Positions 56,905 to 64,000 of a stretch of DNA of 64,000 bases are shown piece after piece. Under the pieces are notes generated by a model. The model did not search any database. It saw nothing but the letters and a program-made list of their open reading frames with translations, and had not been told where the DNA came from. Position 1 is the stretch's first letter. Every line of letters begins with the position of its first letter. Both the position numbers and the translations under genes were made by a program. The stretch comes from Parcubacteria group bacterium (GTDB taxonomy: Bacteria; Patescibacteriota; Minisyncoccia; Moranbacterales; UBA2206), in the NCBI GenBank assembly GCA_041661275.1, contig JBAZUU010000001.1, forward strand, positions 229,057 to 293,056, given 5' to 3'.

Positions 56905-58107
56905 TTATTGCGGCGTCAATATTATTTTTTGGCAGAGAGAAATAATCTCCACCTCTTCTTGATCCGACTTCAGGACAAACCCGAAGTCGTTGGTAGCTAT
57001 TTGTTTCTTAACTTCCGCGTCCAGAAAGGCGCAGATACGGTGGCTGCTAGTATACCTTGCTGCCTCCAGGGGAATAATTTTTCCGTAAACCGTCCCTTTT
57101 TCAGTCTCTCTCTTGTCTAGCACCAGAGAAATCGGTTCTTTTTTTTGGTTCCCTTTTTTAGGATCGGATCCGGGATTTTTTTCCGGCAATTTCTCTGAAA
57201 ACTTTCCTACCGGAATAAATCCGACATATTTTCCCGGCTGATCCGTCACTGGATCGGGCAGGGAAAATTTTTCGAAGATGACGCCGTTGACTTCAACAGA
57301 TTCATCCATGGCGACAACCTCGGTCGATTTTGTATATTTCAAAGTGAGGGGTATACAACCGGAAGTTGTGCAAGAATACACGGTTTCTCCGGCCGGAATC
57401 TGTCGTGTGCGCTGGGATTGATTGAGCTCACGCGATTTCAGATTCAGTGAGCTAAACAATCCATTCGCGAAACCGGTTTTTCCGGTACCGGGAATCAGGC
57501 CTGGAGGAATAATGAGATATACAGAATACAAGAAGCATCCAATCGCGTAGTAATAGATGACATCTTTGTATAAAGTAAATCCCTTTTCCCATTTCCATGC
57601 TGCAAGCTTTATAATCAACAGGCTTGAAAGCATGAGTATGATAGCACGACGGTCAGTGCCGAATGGAAGGGTGCCCAGAAACAAGGATGCTATGGACGCC
57701 CAAAGCAATACGGTGCCAACCGTGTCTATGTATTTGTCCAGAAAATCTTTCACCGCTTTCTTTTTTTCTAATTCAACTTCTATTTCTATTGACTCATCTC
57801 CAGTTTTATCCGGAGTTTTTTTAAAGAGTCTGGAGAATGCTTCCAGGCCAAGCACGGACAGGACTATTCCTTCTCTCGATGCCACGAATATGACAAGAAG
57901 AGAAATGATGAGGCCGATAATCAGATTTATACCTTTCAGGCCGACTAGGTTTAGAGCATACTCCGCGAGAATAAGAGGAATGATGAGCAATATTGTTCTC
58001 ATCAAAAACCTGCTATGAATTTTTTTCCCTCTTTCCTTCAGTGATCCTAGTGTGTCATTGGGATCCAGCCCGAAAATTTTTGCCAGTATTTCAAGAATAT
58101 CGTTCAT
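56905..58107 (-). CDS. polytopic membrane protein with C-terminal extracytoplasmic domain
   Basis: 400 aa with at least 6 TM helices in the N-terminal half. It is convergent with the pilin cluster. Confidence 0.5.
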   Translation of the reverse strand: MNDILEILAKIFGLDPNDTLGSLKERGKKIHSRFLMRTILLIIPLILAEYALNLVGLKGINLIIGLIISLLVIFVASREGIVLSVLGLEAFSRLFKKTPDKTGDESIEIEVELEKKKAVKDFLDKYIDTVGTVLLWASIASLFLGTLPFGTDRRAIILMLSSLLIIKLAAWKWEKGFTLYKDVIYYYAIGCFLYSVYLIIPPGLIPGTGKTGFANGLFSSLNLKSRELNQSQRTRQIPAGETVYSCTTSGCIPLTLKYTKSTEVVAMDESVEVNGVIFEKFSLPDPVTDQPGKYVGFIPVGKFSEKLPEKNPGSDPKKGNQKKEPISLVLDKRETEKGTVYGKIIPLEAARYTSSHRICAFLDAEVKKQIATNDFGFVLKSDQEEVEIISLCQKIILTPQ

Positions 58108-58110
58108 GGG

Positions 58111-58896
58111 TTATTTTCCTCCTACAGTGGCGATAGTATAGAGAAGAAAGGTCATAATTGATGCATATCCAAGGATAAACAGAACTCGTTTTGTGGGTGA
58201 GTTGGACAAACGGAAATCAAACACATTAGCCCAGTAGCTCATTCCTGGATTTCTTCCAGCGATTTTTTTGTTCATACCATCCAAGCCGGAAATGACATCG
58301 TTTTTGTTTTCCGATGCCCACTTCTTGAACTTTTCGAGTTTTCTTTCCCAATCGCCCTTGAGAACCCCAGTAGAATCAAGAAGATTGAGTTTCTGGTGAT
58401 TAGTCAGCTTGGAAAAAGCGATAAGAAATCTTACGGCCGGATTAGTTCTGATTTCGGTGGTTTTCTCTTTTACTTCCGGAGCACTTTTCGCGCGGGGTAT
58501 TTCATGACGTTCCTTGGTTACCCTGCAACTTTCCTCATGATAAAGAATTCCCAGGGAAACCCTAAAACGTTCATTCTGTGTTCCATCCAGGTGTTTTTTC
58601 TGGAAAGCAACAATTTTGGCCAGAGCTCGCGGGTCTTTCTTTTCCAGCTTTTCCATAAGCCTTCCGCAAAGATCTAAATAAATAGCCGTGTCGGAAAGAT
58701 TAAGAAAACCTCCGAATTTCAGTTCCGGACCAGCCGTTTCAGCTGTAGTTTCTCCTGTTCCCGCGATTCCCGAAGCGACCTTGTTCCCCAAAGCAGAAGA
58801 AATGTATTTCTTCATCTGGTTCAGGCTGAAAAGTTCCGTTACAGTATCACTGAAGAGACTTATTATGGTTTCTTTTGCTGTGTCGAGCATGCTCAT
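58111..58896 (-). CDS. hypothetical protein with C-terminal TM anchor
   Basis: 261 aa, 4 nt upstream of the ORF at 56905-58107. Confidence 0.45.
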   Translation of the reverse strand: MSMLDTAKETIISLFSDTVTELFSLNQMKKYISSALGNKVASGIAGTGETTAETAGPELKFGGFLNLSDTAIYLDLCGRLMEKLEKKDPRALAKIVAFQKKHLDGTQNERFRVSLGILYHEESCRVTKERHEIPRAKSAPEVKEKTTEIRTNPAVRFLIAFSKLTNHQKLNLLDSTGVLKGDWERKLEKFKKWASENKNDVISGLDGMNKKIAGRNPGMSYWANVFDFRLSNSPTKRVLFILGYASIMTFLLYTIATVGGK

Positions 58897-59091
58897 GATT
58901 CCCCCCTATATGTATTATGTAATTTTCAAAGAGCCCGGAGGCTCAAAAATAAGCCTATTATCAGTACATCTGATAACATCAAATACTAGCATAAATTTTG
59001 GAAAAATGCAAGGGAGATTGACAGGAATTTAGCAATATGTAATAATTATATTACAAAAAGGTGTATAATATGTAATTAAATTAATACAATT

Positions 59092-60285
59092 ATGAAAAAA
59101 AGACTACTTTATTATGAAATTATACCTTACATAAGCCATAAAAACGCCATTGTTATTACCGGAATGCGTCAGGTGGGAAAAACGACATTAATGAGACAGA
59201 TTTTCGAAGATATTGACCAAAATAAGCCAAAAATATGGTTTGACTTTGATAATCCTTTAGACCAAAGGACTTTCGAAGATTTGGAGTATCGGAATATTTT
59301 CGAAAGACTGAAAATTGCCAGTGGGGCAGAGAGAGACGAGCAAATATATGTTTTTATTGATGAAATTCAGAATTTTCCCGAAATAACCAAAATAATAAAA
59401 TTTCTTATCGACAATTTTGGGGTAAAGTTTATTGTTACCGGATCATCAAATTTTTATCTCAAAAATCTGTTTCCGGAGTCGCTTTCCGGAAGAAAGTTTC
59501 TCTATGAACTTTCTCCGCTTAGCTTTCGGGAGTGCTTATATTTTAGGGATAAATTATCCATGGAGCAAGCAATGAAGGTACGGCTCGAGGAAGGACTGGC
59601 TGAAAAAAATATTACCGAATTTCAAAAGCTGGATCAGGAGTATGAGGAATATTTACGTTTCGGAGGATTTCCGGAAGTAGTTCTGACTTCAGACATCGAA
59701 ACAAAACGGCTAGTGCTAAAAAATATATTTACGTCATTTTTTGAAAAAGATCTGAAAATAATCTCAGGCTTTAAGGACGTTCGGGAACTACGTGATTTTA
59801 TCCTCCTGCTTGTTCCAAGGGTGGGATCCATGCTGGATGTTTCAAAATTAGCGGCTGAATTGGGGATATTAAGGCCGAAAGCCTACAGCTATTTGGAATT
59901 TTTGCGGGGAATATTTTTTATCCGGCTTCTTCCAAAATTTACTAAAAGTATCGACCGGTCAGTTGCCGGAGGAAAAAAAATATATTTTACCGATAACGGT
60001 ATCCTGACTACCGTTGGTAACGTTAATGATGCTCAACTTTTCGAAAATGCGGTCGTGAATCAGCTGGCTCTCTACGGCGACCTGAGTTTCTACAATAAAA
60101 GAAACAAGGAAGAGATTGATATAATTCTCAAAAAAGAAAAAGCTTTTGAAGTGAAGCTCGGAGGAAGCAAAAAATATCTCGAAAAAGCGGAAAGGATATC
60201 TGCAAAAATTGATATTAAACAGGTTTTTGTCGTGAGTCGAAAGTATAGCAAGGAGGCGGGTATGGTTTTTCCAATGTTTTTATAG
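59092..60285 (+). CDS. AAA+ ATPase with DUF4143-type C-terminus
   Basis: P-loop GMRQVGKTTL and length/architecture typical of this family. Confidence 0.75.
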   Translation: MKKRLLYYEIIPYISHKNAIVITGMRQVGKTTLMRQIFEDIDQNKPKIWFDFDNPLDQRTFEDLEYRNIFERLKIASGAERDEQIYVFIDEIQNFPEITKIIKFLIDNFGVKFIVTGSSNFYLKNLFPESLSGRKFLYELSPLSFRECLYFRDKLSMEQAMKVRLEEGLAEKNITEFQKLDQEYEEYLRFGGFPEVVLTSDIETKRLVLKNIFTSFFEKDLKIISGFKDVRELRDFILLLVPRVGSMLDVSKLAAELGILRPKAYSYLEFLRGIFFIRLLPKFTKSIDRSVAGGKKIYFTDNGILTTVGNVNDAQLFENAVVNQLALYGDLSFYNKRNKEEIDIILKKEKAFEVKLGGSKKYLEKAERISAKIDIKQVFVVSRKYSKEAGMVFPMFL

Positions 60286-60440
60286 CCGTAGTTGTTGAGA
60301 ATGGGCATGAAAAGGGGCTGAAAATCAGGCTTTCTTTGACCTTCTTTATGCCGATGTTATAATAAAAGCATTAAGCAACAATTAATATAAAAATAAAAAT
60401 GAGTAGTTATAAAAATGAGAATCAGACCAGAAAAAGAATA

Positions 60441-60472
60441 GGAAGACTTTTTTTATCGGTCTTCTTTTTTGT
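60441..60472 (+). terminator. intrinsic terminator after the AAA+ ATPase gene
   Basis: GAAGAC ... GTCTTC hairpin followed by a T-run. Confidence 0.55.
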
Positions 60473-60551
60473 TTTGTTTTTTTGTGTTTCTGGTAACTCC
60501 GCTTTGGCTGCCGAAACCCAAGGCGGATTTTTTTCGGATAAAATCTGGGTT

Positions 60552-60586
60552 TGACACAAATTTTAGGTTCTGATAGTATAAAAATG
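60552..60586 (+). promoter_or_regulatory. sigma70-like promoter for nusA (TTGACA, 17 nt spacer, TAGTAT)
   Basis: Read directly. About 150 nt of highly structured leader follow, including the hairpin GTTCGCG-CAA-GCGAAC and the inverted repeat AATCTACGAAT/ATTCGTAGATT. Confidence 0.6.
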
Positions 60587-60745
60587 TAAGTAGCAGGTAT
60601 GGAGTTCGCGCAAGCGAACTTTCTTTGTTAAATAGACGCGATTCGAATCAGCGAATGCATTCGAATCTACGAATAAAAGAAGAGCGATTCGTAGATTTTG
60701 TAGATTCGTTTAACGTATTCGTAAATTCGAATCGGTATAAAAAAT

Positions 60746-62092
60746 ATGACTCCAAGAAAAAAGAAAATGCAAAATGACGCTGATGCGTCAGGAAGAGGGG
60801 ATTTCGGTTCAGCTATCGCGCAAATCTGCGAAGAAAAAGGAATTTCCAAAGACAAGGTGATCGAAACGATTCAGTTGGCGCTGGCGGCGGCTTACAAAAA
60901 AGACTATGGCAAGAAAGGCCAGAATATTCGGGCGGAATTCAATGAAGTGTCCGGTGACACTAATTTTTTTCTGGTGAAAGAGGTGGTAGATGAAACTACC
61001 CGGGAATTTCCAGTAGAAGAACCCGCCGACGCTGAAGCTATAGCGGGCGAGGAAGAAAAAAAGGAAGGAAAGAAAGAAAAAAGAGAAGAATCTACTTTCG
61101 TTCCGGGAGATGAAGAAAAACTTCCTCGATTCAATCCGGAGCGCGATTTGACCATGGAAGAGGCAAAGAAGGTCAAAAAAGGTGCGAAAGTCGGTGATAT
61201 TGTCGAAACAGAATTGGAAGCGAAAAAAGATTATGGCCGGGTAGCAGCGCAAACGGCCAAGCAGGTTATCATCCAACGTATTCGTGAAGCGGAACGCGAC
61301 GCGATGTATGACGAATATAAAAACCGCGAAGGGGAAGTAGTCAGTGGTGTGGTGCAACGGGTGGAGGGTCGGAATGTTTTTGTGGATCTTGGAAAGTCAA
61401 TAGGTATTCTTTTTCCTTCTGAGCAGGTGGAAAGAGAGAGTTATCGTGTTGGTCAGAGAATCAAAGTTTATGTGGCAAAAGTTGATGCCGGAACGAAAGG
61501 CCCCGGAATAACTCTTTCGCGAGTGCACCCGGAAATGATCAAAAGGCTATTCGAGTTGGAAGTGCCGGAAATTTTTGCCGGTACCGTTGAGATAAAGGCT
61601 ATTGCGAGGGAGGCAGGAGAGAGAACGAAAATCGCCGTGTCTTCCAATGAAGAGGGAATCGATCCGATCGGTTCTTGTGTCGGACAAAAGGGAACACGGG
61701 TGCAGGCAGTAATCGACGAATTAGGCGGAGAAAAGATCGATATAATTCTTTGGGATGATGATATCGCTAAATTCATTTCCTCTGCCCTTTCACCGGCCAA
61801 GGTTCTGCGAGTCGATATTAGGGAAATGCAAAAGGAAGCAGTGGTGGTAGTTCCGGAAGACCAGCTTTCCCTGGCTATCGGCAAACGTGGTCAGAATGTG
61901 CGCCTAGCGGCCAAGTTAACTGGATGGAAAATTGACATTTCTGGCGTATCACCGGAGGGAGATAAGGTAGAAAAAGAGAAAAAAGAAGAAGTGAAAGAAA
62001 AAAAAGAAGATAGCGAGACTGAAGAAAAGATTGAAACTGAAGGAATTAAAGAAGATGCAAAAGAGGAGGCAAAAGAGAAAGTAGAAGAATAA
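60746..62092 (+). CDS. nusA: transcription termination/antitermination factor NusA with acidic/lysine-rich insertions
   Basis: [19 protein letters not shown], an S1 domain ([21 protein letters not shown]) and two KH domains. Confidence 0.9.
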   Translation: MTPRKKKMQNDADASGRGDFGSAIAQICEEKGISKDKVIETIQLALAAAYKKDYGKKGQNIRAEFNEVSGDTNFFLVKEVVDETTREFPVEEPADAEAIAGEEEKKEGKKEKREESTFVPGDEEKLPRFNPERDLTMEEAKKVKKGAKVGDIVETELEAKKDYGRVAAQTAKQVIIQRIREAERDAMYDEYKNREGEVVSGVVQRVEGRNVFVDLGKSIGILFPSEQVERESYRVGQRIKVYVAKVDAGTKGPGITLSRVHPEMIKRLFELEVPEIFAGTVEIKAIAREAGERTKIAVSSNEEGIDPIGSCVGQKGTRVQAVIDELGGEKIDIILWDDDIAKFISSALSPAKVLRVDIREMQKEAVVVVPEDQLSLAIGKRGQNVRLAAKLTGWKIDISGVSPEGDKVEKEKKEEVKEKKEDSETEEKIETEGIKEDAKEEAKEKVEE

Positions 62093-62112
62093 TTATTTTA
62101 ATTTTTAAAAAT

Positions 62113-64000
62113 ATGACGACACTATTCATCCTTGGAGGGGCAGTGATGGCTATCATCTATGGCTTGGTGCTGATCGAGACAGTTCTCAAATTACCGGAGG
62201 GAAATGAGAAAATGAAAGAGATCGCCAAAGCGATCCAGGAGGGAGCCAAAGCCTATCTCAATCGCCAGTATAAAACGGTAGCAATGGTGGCAGTGATTCT
62301 TTTTGTGGTTATTGGATTTGTTCCATCTCTTGGCTGGATGACAGCTTTGGCTTTCATTATTGGCGCTTTTCTTTCCGCTCTCACAGGCTACATCGGAATG
62401 AATGTGTCAGTCAGAGCCAACGTCAGGACAACTGAAGCGGCTCGCGGCGGAATGCAAAAAGCATTGACTGTAGCTTTCCGTGGCGGTTCAGTTACCGGAC
62501 TACTGGTTGTAGGTCTCGCTCTTTTGGGAACAGCCGGATTTTATTTTGTGACTAAAGACATTCATGCGCTTATCGGTTTTGGTTTTGGAGGATCTCTGAT
62601 TTCCATTTTTGCGCGACTGGGTGGAGGAATTTTTACTAAAGCGGCTGACGTCGGAGCAGATCTAGTCGGAAAAGTAGAAGCGGGTATTCCGGAGGATGAT
62701 CCAAGAAACCCAGCAGTGATTGCGGACAATGTTGGTGACAACGTCGGAGATTGCGCGGGAATGGCAGCTGATCTATTTGAGACATACGCCGTCACTTCCA
62801 TCGCTACTATGATCCTGGGATCGCTTCTTTTCAAAAGCTTTCCCGACGCGGTGATTTTCCCCCTTGTTCTTGGCGCAATTTCCATCGTTACTTCGATCAT
62901 CGGAACATTTTTTGTGAAACTGGGAAAGACGCAAAATATTATGGGAGCATTATATAAGGGACTGATCGTCTCTGGAGTTTTGGCGGCCATTCTTTTTTAC
63001 CCAGCGACGCAATACATTATGGGAGGAAACGGAATTTATTCTGTAATGAGCCTATATCTCGCATCTCTTATTGGTCTTCTCGTGACCGCGGCTATGGTAG
63101 TTATCACTGAATATTATACTTCTACAAGCTATCAACCAGTGAAGGATATCGCCAAAGCTTCTGAAACTGGACACGGCACCAATGTCATTGCAGGACTAGC
63201 CGTATCAATGAAATCAACTGCTTGGCCGGTCATCGTCATTGTGGCGGCCATTCTTGGCGCCTTCGAGCTCGCTGGAATATATGGCGTGGCAATTGCTGCT
63301 ATGTCTATGCTTTCTATGGCGGGAATAATTGTGGCTATCGATTCTTACGGACCGATTACTGATAACGCTGGTGGAATTGCGGAAATGGCGGAACTGGGAG
63401 ATGATGTTCGAAATATCACTGATCCACTGGACGCTGTTGGTAACACGACAAAAGCGGTGACTAAGGGTTATGCTATCGGCAGTGCGGCTCTGGCAGCACT
63501 TGTACTATTCGCCGACTTCACTCATTCCATTCCGGACACTTTTCAGTTTATGATAAATGATCCGCGGGTTCTTGCTGGACTTTTCATCGGCGGCCTCTTG
63601 CCATACTATTTTGGCGCGCTTTCTATGCAAGCGGTGGGTCGCGCTGCAGGTGCAGTTGTTGAAGACGTGAGAAATCAGTTTAGAAATAATCCAGGAATTA
63701 TGGCGGGAACATCAAAACCAGACTATGGTTCAACTGTGGACATCGTAACGAAAGCCGCCATCAAGGAAATGATTTTCCCGGCTCTTATTCCAGTTCTAGC
63801 TCCAATCCTCGTTGGATTTATTCTCGGAGTTCACGCATTGGGCGGACTGCTTGTTGGTTCGATTGTCACTGGAATTTTTGTGGCCGTTTCCATGACTTCT
63901 GGCGGTGGCGCTTGGGACAATGCCAAAAAATATATCGAGTCAGGAAATTATGGTGGTAAGGGTTCATTTGCTCATCAAGCCGCGGTAACCGGCGATACGG
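62113..64000 (+). CDS. hppA: membrane H+(or Na+)-translocating pyrophosphatase, 3'-truncated by the window end
   Basis: Hallmark segments ([14 protein letters not shown]..., [27 protein letters not shown]) and many TM helices. Absent from the track only because it runs off the window. Confidence 0.9.
   Translation, partial: MTTLFILGGAVMAIIYGLVLIETVLKLPEGNEKMKEIAKAIQEGAKAYLNRQYKTVAMVAVILFVVIGFVPSLGWMTALAFIIGAFLSALTGYIGMNVSVRANVRTTEAARGGMQKALTVAFRGGSVTGLLVVGLALLGTAGFYFVTKDIHALIGFGFGGSLISIFARLGGGIFTKAADVGADLVGKVEAGIPEDDPRNPAVIADNVGDNVGDCAGMAADLFETYAVTSIATMILGSLLFKSFPDAVIFPLVLGAISIVTSIIGTFFVKLGKTQNIMGALYKGLIVSGVLAAILFYPATQYIMGGNGIYSVMSLYLASLIGLLVTAAMVVITEYYTSTSYQPVKDIAKASETGHGTNVIAGLAVSMKSTAWPVIVIVAAILGAFELAGIYGVAIAAMSMLSMAGIIVAIDSYGPITDNAGGIAEMAELGDDVRNITDPLDAVGNTTKAVTKGYAIGSAALAALVLFADFTHSIPDTFQFMINDPRVLAGLFIGGLLPYYFGALSMQAVGRAAGAVVEDVRNQFRNNPGIMAGTSKPDYGSTVDIVTKAAIKEMIFPALIPVLAPILVGFILGVHALGGLLVGSIVTGIFVAVSMTSGGGAWDNAKKYIESGNYGGKGSFAHQAAVTGDT

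Noticed and set aside
60398-60553. 51 aa ORF with signal-peptide-like hydrophobic stretch
   Set aside because: Its hydrophobic segment is encoded by the T-run and stem of an intrinsic terminator, and its stop overlaps the nusA -35 box. I treat it as non-coding.

Overview
This 64 kb window reads as a low-GC, compact bacterial chromosome segment with short intergenic regions, four tRNA clusters and mostly housekeeping genes. From the gene content and general style I infer a Candidate Phyla Radiation (Patescibacteria)-like genome; I cannot confirm this. Confident core genes are uvrD/pcrA, a Xer recombinase, ftsH, tilS, cmk, rpsA, gyrA, idi, cca, fhs, folD, rarA, rplS, nfo, nrnA, rbfA, infB, nusA and an H+-pyrophosphatase.

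The hunt turned up an unusually high density of selfish and repeat elements, read directly from the sequence:
- An intein of about 391 aa at the canonical GyrA insertion site.
- A group I intron splitting the anticodon loop of a tRNA-Phe(GAA) gene.
- A free-standing double-motif LAGLIDADG endonuclease gene abutting tRNA-Cys.
- A small GIY-YIG nuclease gene.
- A family of 50-70 nt structured repeats (consensus CCCTCTCCTGTC / variable hairpin / GACATCCTCTCCC NGN GGGAGAGGAGGA) in 9 copies. Its internal hairpin covaries between copies. Most copies sit 5-25 nt upstream of gene or tRNA starts, and one lies in frame inside uvrD.
- A second family of nested palindromic elements (TTGTTCCAC ... GTGGAACAA, with GC-rich inner hairpins) stacked in frame inside an O-antigen-ligase-family gene.
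- A third, AT-rich repeat family (CAAATCCCAAAT-like) found both intergenically and in frame in uvrD.

Other notable items:
- A GC-rich orotate-phosphoribosyltransferase-like / OMP-decarboxylase gene pair that is probably horizontally acquired.
- A tandem cluster of four VirB2/TrbC-like pilin paralogs whose upstream leaders are duplicated and highly structured.
- A GHKL-ATPase plus STAS-like (DUF4325-like) gene pair behind three operator-like palindromes.
- tRNA oddities: a tRNA-Val flanked by a 15 bp inverted repeat and followed by a tRNA-like 3' fragment that keeps compensatory stem changes, and a degenerate tRNA-Leu-like copy with an inserted hairpin in place of the anticodon arm.

I found no CRISPR array and no transposase.
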